Shown here: positions 21,316 through 30,731 of the stretch, piece after piece
How the letters are laid out: every line of letters begins with the position of its first letter
How positions within the stretch are numbered: the first letter of the stretch is position 1
Virus record (IMG/VR): IMGVR_UViG_3300046170_000213
Location: 1-58,647 of that record
Source: a virus
Taxonomy: Duplodnaviria; Caudoviricetes
Length of the DNA stretch: 58,647 nucleotides
Strand: one strand, 5' to 3'
Notes under the pieces: model-generated
Database searches by the model: none
The model's input: the letters and a program-made list of their open reading frames with translations, nothing else
What the model was told of the DNA's origin: nothing
Made by a program: the position numbers and the translations under genes

Positions 21316-22791
21316 CTATTGAAATTTGTACCTTATTATTACTATACCAGAGCCACCTGTACCATGAGGTGCATGTGATTCTCCATCACCTCCACCATTT
21401 CCACCACCACCGCCTCCACGGTTTGCTGTTCCATTTGTAACTGGTCTACCTTGTCCTCCTGTACCGCAAGGACTTGCTGCACCTCCATTACTATTAGCCC
21501 CTATTGGACCTCCTGAATAACCTCCACCACCGCCGCCACCAGCGTAAGCTACTGGACTAGCCGTAATAGAAGAATTTGCACCCGCACCGCCTCTACCACC
21601 TTGTCCATAGTTTGAAGTAGGGGTTCCTGCAGTAGGACCTTGTTGGCCTGCCTCACTAGCTCCACCTCCACCACCTGCTGCACCACCTTGACCTGCACCA
21701 CCATCATTACCTTGCGGTGGACTTACAGGTGGAGTGTTTCCACTATTTCTTCCTGCACCTGATCCTCCATCTTGACCATTATCTGGTCCTTGACCGCCAC
21801 CACCTCCGCCACCACCGGCTGATGTTATTGTTGAAAAAGTTGATACTGCGCCAGGTTGACCACAACCAGATCCTGGTCCACCACCAGCTCCGACTGCAAT
21901 TGGGTAACCTTGAGCTGTTACAGCTAGAGCTGCTACACCACTATTTGCAGGTAAACCAATAGAATAACAACCAGAAACAGCACCAGATGACTCTCTATAA
22001 CCACCTGCACCACCACCTGATCCTCCGCCATTAGCTGCTTTACCCTGACCACCTGCACCACCACCTGCTACTACTAAATAGTCTACTGTAGCTGAACCTA
22101 AGGGATTTCCTGCATTTGATACACAAAAAGTTCCTGGTCCAGTAAAAGTATGAATTTTAAAATTTCCTGATGTTGTTATTGTTCCACCTGTTGCAGTTAC
22201 AAATGCTGGATTAATAGTTGCACTATCGTTTGTATTAACAGCAACCCAACCTTGAGTTGCATCTACATATATAAGAGTTCTTGCTTCTCTATTAACATCT
22301 ATAACTGAATCTACAGCTAGTCCTTCAATGTTAGAACCACCTCTACCTATTGTAATATTATTTGTTGCTGCTGTTCCTGCATAATCTGCTATGGATACAA
22401 TGTTTCCTGCACTTGGTGATGAAGGTAAATTTACTGTAAAAGCACTTGATGTTGTGTTACAAAAATAACCTTCTCCATTTGCGGCTGTAAAAGTCGCTGT
22501 TTTAATTGAACCTGTCTGCCAGTCTACAGTTCCTGTTCTTCCAAATCCTGATTGTGATGCACCTGATGCAAGAGTAACGGTATCGCCACTTGCACCTAAA
22601 GTTATTGTTGTACCTGATTGACTTGCAATGTTTCCACCATCAGATGCTTGATACGCATTTGATTTTACGATGTTTCCTGCAACTGCAACTGTATCACCAG
22701 CTGCACCAACTGTAATTACATCACCACTTTCATTGATAATGTTATTATCGTTTTGGTCTGAAATATTATCTACTTTAATTTTACTTGTCAT
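21316..22791 (-). CDS. Glycine-rich tail fibre/receptor-binding protein (paralog 2)
   Basis: Same architecture and C-terminus as its neighbours. Confidence 0.8.
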   Translation of the reverse strand: MTSKIKVDNISDQNDNNIINESGDVITVGAAGDTVAVAGNIVKSNAYQASDGGNIASQSGTTITLGASGDTVTLASGASQSGFGRTGTVDWQTGSIKTATFTAANGEGYFCNTTSSAFTVNLPSSPSAGNIVSIADYAGTAATNNITIGRGGSNIEGLAVDSVIDVNREARTLIYVDATQGWVAVNTNDSATINPAFVTATGGTITTSGNFKIHTFTGPGTFCVSNAGNPLGSATVDYLVVAGGGAGGQGKAANGGGSGGGAGGYRESSGAVSGCYSIGLPANSGVAALAVTAQGYPIAVGAGGGPGSGCGQPGAVSTFSTITSAGGGGGGGGQGPDNGQDGGSGAGRNSGNTPPVSPPQGNDGGAGQGGAAGGGGGASEAGQQGPTAGTPTSNYGQGGRGGAGANSSITASPVAYAGGGGGGGYSGGPIGANSNGGAASPCGTGGQGRPVTNGTANRGGGGGGNGGGDGESHAPHGTGGSGIVIIRYKFQ

Positions 22792-22793
22792 AA

Positions 22794-24194
22794 TTATTGA
22801 AATTTATACCTTATTACTACTATACCAGATCCACCAGCGCCACCACTATGATTAGTTCCACCAAATCCACCACCGGCTCCACCACCGCCACCTGTATTAG
22901 CTGTTCCTGCTCCAGCAGCTGCTGTAGGAGATGCACTTCCACCAGTTCCGCCCCCACCAGTTCCACCAGTTCCACCAGTTCCTGTTGGATGTGCGCCACC
23001 ACCGCCGCCACCACCGGATCTTGCAACAGGGCTAGCTGTGATACTTGTTGTTACACCTGCTCCACCATTACCAGCATCATTACCAAAAGGAGGTGTCCAA
23101 GTGACTCCTACTGCTCCTGCTCCACCACCACCGGAACCTCCATTACCAGGACCTGTATTACCTGCTCCTCCACCATGGTTTCCTTGTGCTGGACTTACCG
23201 GAGGTGTGTTTCCATCTCCTTTTTGACCATTTGCGTTTATACCACCTGCTGATCCTCCACCACCTGAACCACCATTTCTTCCACCGCTAGGGGTAGATGC
23301 GTTGTATGCAGATTCACCACCTCCTCCTCCAGCTGATGTTATTGTTGAAAAAATTGAATTTGACCCATTTGAAGCATTATCTATTTCAGGAGAAAAAACT
23401 CCTGCTGAACCACCACCACCAACTGTAATTGGGAAAGCTGTTGCTGTTACTGTAATAGCACCTGCTCCTTCTAAAGGACTTGCTGTATATGGAGTAAGAG
23501 GAGCTTTGTCTTCTCTAAATCCACCTGCTCCACCGCCACCACCAGCCCTAGCTGCAACAGAGGGAGCAAAATCTCCAACACCACCACCACCGCCACCTGC
23601 TACTACCATATATGAAACTTGATTTCTTGTAGCTGCACAAACTGCTGCTACTTTACAAACTGTAAAAGTTCCTGGTCCTGTAAATGTATGAATCTTGCAA
23701 TCTCCAGAAGTTGTTATTGTTCCTCCTGTTGCTACCATAAATGGCTCAGCACCTGTAACTGAATTAGATGTTTCTTGAACATTAATCCAACCTTCTGTTC
23801 CATCAACATATACAAAAGTTGCTGATTGACCTTCAGTTGATAAAATTGCATCTTGTGCAATACCGCCAATTTTTTCTGATCCATTAGGATTTATTGTTAA
23901 ATTATTTGTTTGAAAAGTTCTTGTGTAATCAGATATGGCAACAATTGCTCCAGCACTTCCTGCTGGTAAGTTTACTGTAAATGCACCTCCCGATGTATTA
24001 CAAAAATAACCTTCTCCATTGACTGCTGTAAAAGTTGATGTCTTAATTGAACCTGTTTGCCAATTAACAGTCCCTGTTCTACCAAAACCTGTTTGAGTAG
24101 CGCCACTAGCTAAAGTTACAGCTGTACCAGAACCACCTAAGGTTAAGGTTGAACCACTTTGTTTATCAATAGTATCTACTTCTATTTTACTCAT
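22794..24194 (-). CDS. Glycine-rich tail fibre/receptor-binding protein (paralog 1)
   Basis: Same architecture and C-terminus as its neighbours. Confidence 0.8.
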   Translation of the reverse strand: MSKIEVDTIDKQSGSTLTLGGSGTAVTLASGATQTGFGRTGTVNWQTGSIKTSTFTAVNGEGYFCNTSGGAFTVNLPAGSAGAIVAISDYTRTFQTNNLTINPNGSEKIGGIAQDAILSTEGQSATFVYVDGTEGWINVQETSNSVTGAEPFMVATGGTITTSGDCKIHTFTGPGTFTVCKVAAVCAATRNQVSYMVVAGGGGGGVGDFAPSVAARAGGGGGAGGFREDKAPLTPYTASPLEGAGAITVTATAFPITVGGGGSAGVFSPEIDNASNGSNSIFSTITSAGGGGGESAYNASTPSGGRNGGSGGGGSAGGINANGQKGDGNTPPVSPAQGNHGGGAGNTGPGNGGSGGGGAGAVGVTWTPPFGNDAGNGGAGVTTSITASPVARSGGGGGGGAHPTGTGGTGGTGGGGTGGSASPTAAAGAGTANTGGGGGAGGGFGGTNHSGGAGGSGIVVIRYKFQ

Positions 24195-24649
24195 TAAACT
24201 ACTACTACCGTTCCTGTTATTGTTTGTGTACCAGTTACTGTAACTGGTCCTGCTAATACTCCTGAAGCAACTGTTTGAGTTTCGTCAAGTGTTGTTGCAT
24301 GTGTTACAACATAACCTGTAGCTGTCATAGATGGTGACATAGCTCTCTTCGCTGGTAGTGTACAAAAAACATTTTTAGTACCTGCAGAAAAGTTTACTGC
24401 ACTATCAGAATTTGATGATGAGATAATTGTTGTTCTTGATAAAGTATCAGGTGAAGCATCGGTTACTGTACCAATACCTACCTCAAACTGACCAGCTGAA
24501 TTTAATTCAATTGCATAGTAAGTTGTATTACCAGTTCCAATTCCTGAAACAAAACTTTCATAACCAGTTTCTGCACCAGCTAAACTAAAAGTTCCTGTTC
24601 CAGTAGTTGTACTTGTTTCTTTAACTCTATCGTTAACTATTAAAGCCAT
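24194..24649 (-). CDS. Tail fibre anchor/tail protein
   Basis: DRVKETSTTTGTG..FEVGIGT..FSAGTKNVFCTLPA, an N-terminal domain typical of fibre proteins. Confidence 0.7.
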   Translation of the reverse strand: MALIVNDRVKETSTTTGTGTFSLAGAETGYESFVSGIGTGNTTYYAIELNSAGQFEVGIGTVTDASPDTLSRTTIISSSNSDSAVNFSAGTKNVFCTLPAKRAMSPSMTATGYVVTHATTLDETQTVASGVLAGPVTVTGTQTITGTVVVV

Positions 24650-24667
24650 TACTACTCCAAAATTTTA

Positions 24668-25099
24668 TTACGCGTCGCCAAGTCTAATGATTGCACTAGA
24701 TGAGTTAGCAGTTGGAAACTGAACAACGAAATCACCGTTAGTTGCAGTTTTTGTTCCGCCAAAGTCTAAAACTAGTACAGCTTCATTACTTGTACCCTTA
24801 TAAATCAGTGCTCCTACTGCTGATAACGTTACAGATGAAAAAGTTAAATCTGCAAAGTCAACATATCCAACATTACTTGCAACTGCTACACCATTATTAG
24901 TTAAAGTATTTCCACCTGCTGTATAACTTGTACCAGATGAAGAAACTTCATTACTAGTTGTATAAGCTGTAGTTGAAGTACTGAAACCAGAGATGTTGGT
25001 GTATAACGCAAGTTTGAAAGTTGATCCACCAGATGAATCAAAATCAAACGTACCACCAAGTAGGTCTGTTTTAAAAGAGTCAGGTACTATATTAGCCAT
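24668..25099 (-). CDS. Tail/baseplate-associated structural protein
   Basis: FKLALYT..YTAGGNTL..VLDFGG pattern; position in the tail module. Confidence 0.7.
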   Translation of the reverse strand: MANIVPDSFKTDLLGGTFDFDSSGGSTFKLALYTNISGFSTSTTAYTTSNEVSSSGTSYTAGGNTLTNNGVAVASNVGYVDFADLTFSSVTLSAVGALIYKGTSNEAVLVLDFGGTKTATNGDFVVQFPTANSSSAIIRLGDA

Positions 25100-25117
25100 A
25101 TTTTTTTCTCCTAATTG

Positions 25118-25789
25118 TTATGGTGATGGCGACTTAATCTGAGAACGAATAGCGCCATCTTGCCATTCGTCTCTACGTCTTCTACCTTCTTGTTCGATAG
25201 AGTACGATTTTGCAGCCCTTTGATATGACTGTTCATAGTATTGTAACAGATCCGCTGGACCTTTCAAGTATCCATATGCTTCTACCAGACATGCATACAA
25301 AAGTAAATCCTGATATTTATTAGATGTGTAAGTTCCTGAAGTACTCACAGATGAGTCTGTAATACTTGTAGGTTGTTTGATATATGCCAAAGTAATCTCA
25401 AAAGTAGCGTTTGGAGTAGGTGCCACCACCCAAAAACTAGCATCCCAATTAGCATAATATTTAGGTAATCCACTGGCTGTACTAGGTGTATTGTAGTATT
25501 CTGTCATAAAACTAGTATCTCTTTTTTCTAAAAAAATCTGATTACCAGATCCATCTTTTAATTGAACGTATCTTATGGCCCTAAGATCAGAGGGAATTGT
25601 AACATACCTATTTCCTGATTGTAGATTTGATGTAGCATAAAATCTATTATCATCAGCATCTACTTCTCTATAAATTCTGTTTTCAGCGTTTTTAATTATT
25701 GTATTTAAAACACCTGTCGACAATACAGCGCTATCTACTTCTGTATAGTTTCTAATATCGTCCTGTAAGTTTGTAAGTGTATATGCCAT
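25118..25789 (-). CDS. Head-tail adaptor / tail tubular protein A-like
   Basis: NAENRIYR..PKYYA..APTP..LLLYACLVEAY. Confidence 0.7.
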   Translation of the reverse strand: MAYTLTNLQDDIRNYTEVDSAVLSTGVLNTIIKNAENRIYREVDADDNRFYATSNLQSGNRYVTIPSDLRAIRYVQLKDGSGNQIFLEKRDTSFMTEYYNTPSTASGLPKYYANWDASFWVVAPTPNATFEITLAYIKQPTSITDSSVSTSGTYTSNKYQDLLLYACLVEAYGYLKGPADLLQYYEQSYQRAAKSYSIEQEGRRRRDEWQDGAIRSQIKSPSP

Positions 25790-26284
25790 TATGGTGATAG
25801 TGTAACCGGACCAGCCGATATACTTCCTCCTCCTATTTTTGCAGTTGCAGTTGCTGTGCCTGAAGCTGTAAATGTATAGTTATTAGCATTTGTGAACTGT
25901 AATTGTAAATCCCGAAGCGTTATTAATATCTGCAGAAGTTATACCTGCACCAGGTTCACTATCTCTAAATCTTACTGTATCACCTGTAGTTCTCCCATGA
26001 TTATCTTCAAACACTGTAATGGTTGTAGACCCGTCTGTAACAGACAATGGGTTTAAAGTTAAAATTCTTGCAACAGCAGGTTCTGTTCTTGCCGGTCTTG
26101 CATTTAATAAACCTTGTGGATCTGCTGCATGAGGTTTTGGTTCTAGTTGAGGGTGTTTAGGTTCAAACTCTGAAGTATGTACTCTTGCACCATTCCATTC
26201 TATTACCATTTCAGAATATGGAAAAGCTAATCCTGATCTATCTGATATAAATTGTGCATATTTACCTGAAGAAAGACTAGACAT
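25789..26284 (-). CDS. Structural protein (frameshift ~25895)
   Basis: ISDRSG..EFEPKHPQL..HGRTTGDTVRF; continues in another frame to a TAATG overlap at 25789. Confidence 0.65.
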
Positions 26285-27009
26285 TAAGACTCCGGATAAT
26301 AAACTTTAGGACTGATAAAAGTACTTGATGATGAGCCGTCCTCTTGTAAAGCTCTTTGTAATTCATCTTCATACAACATTTTTAACATTTGAACTCTGTC
26401 TGGCGCATTTTTAATAGCAAGATAATAAGCTAAACCTGCAGTCATACATGGTACAAATCTGTAAGGTACATCTGCATCATTAGTATAATCACCTGCATCT
26501 TGAATTCTTTTTACATAATAATAATTTAAAAATTTACCTGCCTCACTAGACCCAGGTGTTAAATATAAAGTAACTGTAATTTTATCTATAAACCTTTGAA
26601 CAAAATATTGTGATGGTGTTCCGGTAGATGTTTTATTTGAAAACGCTTGATACTGTGATCGACTAACTTTTGTAAGAGGTGTATCTACATTAGAATTTCT
26701 GTATGAAGCTTCTAGTATATCATCAACACCATAAACAGCTGTAGCACTTGAAGTACCGTCTGCTGTTGATCTAAACATTGTGTATGTTGCTTGATCTGCA
26801 ACTAATGTAATATTATTGTTTGCAACTTCCCAATAATGTAAACCTCTATTGGCCCATTCTTGAAATAAAATATTAAGAGATCTTCTTGCAGATTTTAATT
26901 GATAGCCAGAAACACCTTGTATACCTAATCTTTCATAGGACTCTTCAACAATGTCTGAAATAGAAAAACCTTTTTCAAAGGTAGTTGTACCCGAAGTAGT
27001 GTTGGCCAT
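26284..27009 (-). CDS. Head-tail adaptor protein (P22 gp4 / tubular A-like)
   Basis: ARRSLNILFQEWANRG..GTPSQYF..GLAYYLA. Confidence 0.7.
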   Translation of the reverse strand: MANTTSGTTTFEKGFSISDIVEESYERLGIQGVSGYQLKSARRSLNILFQEWANRGLHYWEVANNNITLVADQATYTMFRSTADGTSSATAVYGVDDILEASYRNSNVDTPLTKVSRSQYQAFSNKTSTGTPSQYFVQRFIDKITVTLYLTPGSSEAGKFLNYYYVKRIQDAGDYTNDADVPYRFVPCMTAGLAYYLAIKNAPDRVQMLKMLYEDELQRALQEDGSSSSTFISPKVYYPES

Positions 27010-27017
27010 TTACTCTC

Positions 27018-27287
27018 CTATTTATCTAAAATAATAGTTGCCGTTGCATTTGAAATTGCTGAAATAGTCATTCCGCCTTCAAATAAAATTCCGTCTTCTG
27101 CTAGATTATAAGAAAATACATCACCTGCTGGTACATCTACTTGAAACTGTGTTACTGAGTTTCCATCTTGTAATGTAACTGAACCTGCAGAACCTGTTGA
27201 TGCTAAAATAATTCCTCTTAATCTTGTTCTTCCTGCAAAGACTGATGTAGCGTCTGTTTTTCTAACTGCTTTTACGTCTGATTTCAT
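27018..27287 (-). CDS. Small structural protein
   Basis: 89 aa; GILFEGG motif, paralog-like with 27287..27601. Confidence 0.7.
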   Translation of the reverse strand: MKSDVKAVRKTDATSVFAGRTRLRGIILASTGSAGSVTLQDGNSVTQFQVDVPAGDVFSYNLAEDGILFEGGMTISAISNATATIILDK

Positions 27288-27601
27288 TATCCTGTGTATC
27301 CTATTGTTACAGAGTCTGTAGTAGTTAAATCTAAATAGACTCCATTTTTAAATCTTATACCAGAACCAGGTATCATTATATCTAATCCTTCATCACTAAA
27401 TTTAGCTTGAAACTCTAAAGAACCTGTTCCGTCTGTTCCGTCATGTAGTTTTACTAAACAATTAGTTCCACCATGAGCTTGAATATAAGTAACTCTACAT
27501 GGTCCTAAATTTACACTTCCACCAGTGATAGTTTTAAATCTACCATCTGCCGTTAGTGTTGTAAACTTTTGATCGCTTATAAATGATCCGCCGCCTGCCA
27601 T
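27287..27601 (-). CDS. Small structural protein
   Basis: 104 aa; PGSGIRFKNGVY motif; GGAG RBS. Confidence 0.7.
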   Translation of the reverse strand: MAGGGSFISDQKFTTLTADGRFKTITGGSVNLGPCRVTYIQAHGGTNCLVKLHDGTDGTGSLEFQAKFSDEGLDIMIPGSGIRFKNGVYLDLTTTDSVTIGYTG

Positions 27602-27622
27602 AATTATTCTCCGTTAAATTGA

Positions 27623-27642
27623 TGTGGGGCCGAAGCCCCACA
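27623..27642 (-). terminator. UUCG-tetraloop hairpin (terminator/stabiliser)
   Basis: TGTGGGGC-TTCG-GCCCCACA on - strand, after 27654..28043. Confidence 0.65.
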
Positions 27643-27653
27643 CTAATTATTTA

Positions 27654-28043
27654 TTATGCTTCTTTAGCAAAAGTTCCTCTGACTTGAGTAACTTGCCATG
27701 CAGTAGTTCCATCTAATGATGCAATTACAACATAGTCACCTTGTCTTGAAGTAGCTTTTGTATTGATCAAGTCTTTGTCATCTGTTGATGAACCAGCATA
27801 AGTGATTCCATCAGATGCATTAGGACTGATCGTCATTGTGTTTTGTCCATCAGGCGCATTGTTTGCGAACTTGAATGAGTATCCAACTGCAATTGCAGGT
27901 AAAGTGAATACCACACCATCTGTTTCAGAAACAAAAGTTTTTCCTGAATCAGCGTTAGTCACAGTGTAACTTGAAGCTTTAGTTTCAATGTTAACACCTT
28001 CTTTACCTTGAAGTACTGGACCTGAAAATGTAGTTTTTGCCAT
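27654..28043 (-). CDS. Putative capsid decoration/fibre protein
   Basis: MAKTTFSGPV start; strong GGAGG RBS; own promoter and terminator. Confidence 0.65.
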   Translation of the reverse strand: MAKTTFSGPVLQGKEGVNIETKASSYTVTNADSGKTFVSETDGVVFTLPAIAVGYSFKFANNAPDGQNTMTISPNASDGITYAGSSTDDKDLINTKATSRQGDYVVIASLDGTTAWQVTQVRGTFAKEA

Positions 28044-28051
28044 AATTATAT

Positions 28052-28107
28052 CCTCCTAGTTTACAGATCATAGTCTCTAGGCCGTCGACTATACGCGTCT
28101 ATGATCT
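28052..28107 (-). promoter_or_regulatory. Structured 5' leader (hairpin/pseudoknot over the RBS)
   Basis: AGATCATAG/CTATGATCT stem; loop CCTAG complementary to CTAGG of the RBS. Confidence 0.45.
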
Positions 28108-28130
28108 TTTAATAATTGTATAGTAGGTTT

Positions 28131-28159
28131 TTTATATACTAGATTTGAGTAGAGCGCAA
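28131..28159 (-). promoter_or_regulatory. sigma70-type promoter
   Basis: TTGCGC-17-TATAAA on - strand upstream of 28043. Confidence 0.5.
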
Positions 28160-28202
28160 GAGAGCCTACGGTATTTGTGCATTTCAGCGATGTAGCTTTT
28201 GA

Positions 28203-28412
28203 CTAAGTAGCTACAGAAACTTGTGGAGTAACACCTTCTACAGTGTTTTGCTTGTGAGCAATAGCTGCTTCTTCCAGCTTAATATCAGTGATGATCTGCT
28301 TAACTTTGTCATCAATTCTGACCATTTCAAGAGTATATCTACCGTTAGATAGATGCTCCTGTTCCCACTTCAACTCCAAGGACCTTTTTGCTTTGTATAG
28401 GTCTTGTATCAT
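28203..28412 (-). CDS. Hypothetical protein
   Basis: MIQDLYKAKRSLELKWEQEH..; GAGG RBS. Confidence 0.65.
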   Translation of the reverse strand: MIQDLYKAKRSLELKWEQEHLSNGRYTLEMVRIDDKVKQIITDIKLEEAAIAHKQNTVEGVTPQVSVAT

Positions 28413-28599
28413 TACTAACTTCCTCATAAGTTATTCGATAAGGTCTGTCCGAAAACATTCCCGATGATTCCCAACTTATACTCTTTTCTCCCAGTTTGTC
28501 AACTATTGATTGTTCTAGTGAAACAGGATCATCATTAGAATCTACTTCAAATTTAGCGTGATGATCGTATGCGTATATGTTTACAAGGAATTTTTTCAT
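28345..28599 (-). CDS. Hypothetical protein
   Basis: 84 aa ORF after the capsid-gene terminator. Confidence 0.65.
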   Translation of the reverse strand: MKKFLVNIYAYDHHAKFEVDSNDDPVSLEQSIVDKLGEKSISWESSGMFSDRPYRITYEEVSNDTRPIQSKKVLGVEVGTGASI

Positions 28600-28622
28600 G
28601 GTTTTGTCTTTCTATATAGTGA

Positions 28623-28649
28623 TTGTGGCGGAACTATGTCCCGCCACAA
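28623..28649 (-). terminator. Hairpin after the major capsid gene
   Basis: TTGTGGCGG...CCGCCACAA inverted repeat 10 nt after the stop. Confidence 0.6.
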
Positions 28650-28658
28650 AATTATTGA

Positions 28659-29567
28659 TTAAGCACCTGGTGATGCAAAAATACCTCTAGGGTCTGATAC
28701 GCCAAATACGTATCTTTCTCTAGCTTTGTATCTTACGTTTCCAGTATCGAAATCGCCTTCCATTTTAGTAGTCAATGGAGCTCTTTCCATATGCTTCATT
28801 CCGTTAGGCACGTCTGTAGTGATATAGAACGCATCTGTGTCAGTTAAATAGTGGTTAACTGTGTATCCACCAGGAACCATTCCCATAGATACAAGTGCGT
28901 TAATATCATTATCAGCAGTTCCAACTCTTTGTGAAGACTTCATAAGTCTTTCAGCAGTGAATTGTAGTGCAGATGGAATGATCATCTTCACAGCTTTCGC
29001 AGCGATCTTTAAACCTCTTTCATCAGTAAGCGCAGCAATGTCAATCATTGATTGCTCTAATGAAGTTTCGTTTAAGTCCGCAGCTGTTGCCAATGTATTA
29101 CTGAAAGTTCCAGAAATAGTTGGGTGAGCTGTGTTGAAAAGAGATACACCATCACCTGAAGTGAATGTTAAACCTGGTAAACCATTGTTTAACGGTGCAG
29201 CTGCTTTAACTTGTTTAGTTTGAGCCATAGATCTTGCTAAAGCTTTTGTATATCTAGACGCAAGTCTGTCATACAAATTGTCCTCAATAGCTTCCTCAGT
29301 GATAGCAAACCCAAGAGCAATTGTCTCGTGTGTGTATCTAGCTGTGAAAGTTTCTTGAGCACTGTCGTAAGTTACACCAGAACCTTCTGGTTTAACTTGT
29401 GCTTGAGCGAAACCTGATAACATAACTTCTTCTTCAAAAGCTCTGTCAGATGACTCAGTTGTGTATATTTCAGCATGTTCTTGTTCATACTGTTTATACT
29501 CCAGGCCGAATAAGGCATTCAAACCTGGCTCTAGTTCTTTAACTAGTTGATTACGTGATATAGCCAT
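28659..29567 (-). CDS. Major capsid protein
   Basis: MAISRNQLVKELEPGLNALFGLEY..EEAIEDNLY..GDFDTGNVRYKARERY..DPRGIF; highly expressed codon style. Confidence 0.92.
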   Translation of the reverse strand: MAISRNQLVKELEPGLNALFGLEYKQYEQEHAEIYTTESSDRAFEEEVMLSGFAQAQVKPEGSGVTYDSAQETFTARYTHETIALGFAITEEAIEDNLYDRLASRYTKALARSMAQTKQVKAAAPLNNGLPGLTFTSGDGVSLFNTAHPTISGTFSNTLATAADLNETSLEQSMIDIAALTDERGLKIAAKAVKMIIPSALQFTAERLMKSSQRVGTADNDINALVSMGMVPGGYTVNHYLTDTDAFYITTDVPNGMKHMERAPLTTKMEGDFDTGNVRYKARERYVFGVSDPRGIFASPGA

Positions 29568-29580
29568 AATTTAATACTCC

Positions 29581-30153
29581 TTATATACCCGCCACGTTGT
29601 TTCCAAGAATGTGCTCATTGATAATAATTCTAAGAGCAAAGCCCTCAGCAGTAGTATCTGAATGATCAGGATCTCTAGAAACACCTAGGATTTTAAGTTG
29701 AGCGATAGACGCACTTGTTGTAGCCGAAATTTTTGATTTCGAAATAAACAGTGGTGACGATCCAGCACTTACGACTTGGTCAGCACATCCACCAACTTCA
29801 TTTTGGTTGAATGCAGTGTCCGCAGACATGATTTCATAAACCTGTCTTGGGTCGTCATTTACGAAAGCAACGATATCAGTAGCAGTGTTACTTGCTGGTG
29901 AATAGTTGCTGAACGTTGGTTTACTAGTTGTAGCGTCAGTGTAGAAAACGCCGTTCAGTGAACCCAGATTGTTTGCATCTGTGTTACCTGAAGCGAGAAC
30001 AACTCCATCTGCAGTTAATTGCACCATTGCTGCGTGCGAAATTAAAGCAGAAGAAGCTGCAACGCTGTACTCTGTAAGAGCACCGACATTGTCAGACTGA
30101 CCAACTTTTTTAATGGGTCTAAAACCGAACCCAGTTGTTGACGCGTTAGCCAT
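29581..30153 (-). CDS. Minor capsid/decoration protein
   Basis: FGFRPI..GVFYTD..VNDDP..YEI; immediately upstream of the capsid gene; AAGGAG RBS. Confidence 0.7.
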   Translation of the reverse strand: MANASTTGFGFRPIKKVGQSDNVGALTEYSVAASSALISHAAMVQLTADGVVLASGNTDANNLGSLNGVFYTDATTSKPTFSNYSPASNTATDIVAFVNDDPRQVYEIMSADTAFNQNEVGGCADQVVSAGSSPLFISKSKISATTSASIAQLKILGVSRDPDHSDTTAEGFALRIIINEHILGNNVAGI

Positions 30154-30169
30154 ACGTTTCTCCTTAAAT

Positions 30170-30196
30170 GTACCTGCCCTTTCGGGCCTCCAGTAC
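30170..30196 (-). promoter_or_regulatory. GAAA-tetraloop leader hairpin before the capsid genes
   Basis: GTAC-TGGAG-GCCC GAAA GGGC-AG-GTAC just upstream of the RBS. Confidence 0.4.
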
Positions 30197-30229
30197 GGTT
30201 AATTCGCTGGTTTCGGAATTGTTAAAAAA

Positions 30230-30727
30230 TTAACTTTTCTTTGAACCACCGAAGGTTACACGAGTATCTCTATCAACATTGATAGGCATACTCTTATGCT
30301 GTTCCTTCGCAAGATCGGCATCTATTGCAGCCTGCTGATCCTGTGCCTGTCTGGCATAGTATTCAGTTCTTTGCTGCGCGATCTCCTCTGGTACCCTTGT
30401 CAGCACAAGGCCTCCGTGCCCGATCACCCCTGCGTATTTGCCATCTGCGATAGTTGGAAAGTCCTCTTCGGGATATTCATCTGATCTTACTAACTCATAC
30501 CCGGATCTTAAGCGTCCTTGTATGTTTTTCGTATCAACGAATCCTAGGATTTCTGTCCTGACCCATCTGTGTCTATATCCATTTGGCGCGTTGGGCGTAT
30601 CTAAGTACGATGGTGGAGTCCAAACTTTCGGTCTCTCTTGTGGAGCTACCGTTTTTGCCTGTGCTTCAACTTTTGTCGAATCACTTTTCTTTGCTTGGCT
30701 CGCACGAGTTGGTTGTTCTTTTTTCAT
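30230..30727 (-). CDS. Conserved head-module protein
   Basis: WTPPSYLDTP..HRWVR..GYELVR..GGLVL. Confidence 0.75.
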   Translation of the reverse strand: MKKEQPTRASQAKKSDSTKVEAQAKTVAPQERPKVWTPPSYLDTPNAPNGYRHRWVRTEILGFVDTKNIQGRLRSGYELVRSDEYPEEDFPTIADGKYAGVIGHGGLVLTRVPEEIAQQRTEYYARQAQDQQAAIDADLAKEQHKSMPINVDRDTRVTFGGSKKS

Positions 30728-30731
30728 ATGC

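Noticed and set aside
19984-23622. Pro-rich + strand ORFs and alternative-frame ORFs over the fibre genes
   Set aside because: Antisense or frame shadows of repetitive Gly codons
19974-24194. Diversity-generating retroelement acting on the fibres
   Set aside because: No reverse transcriptase, and paralog differences are not confined to adenines
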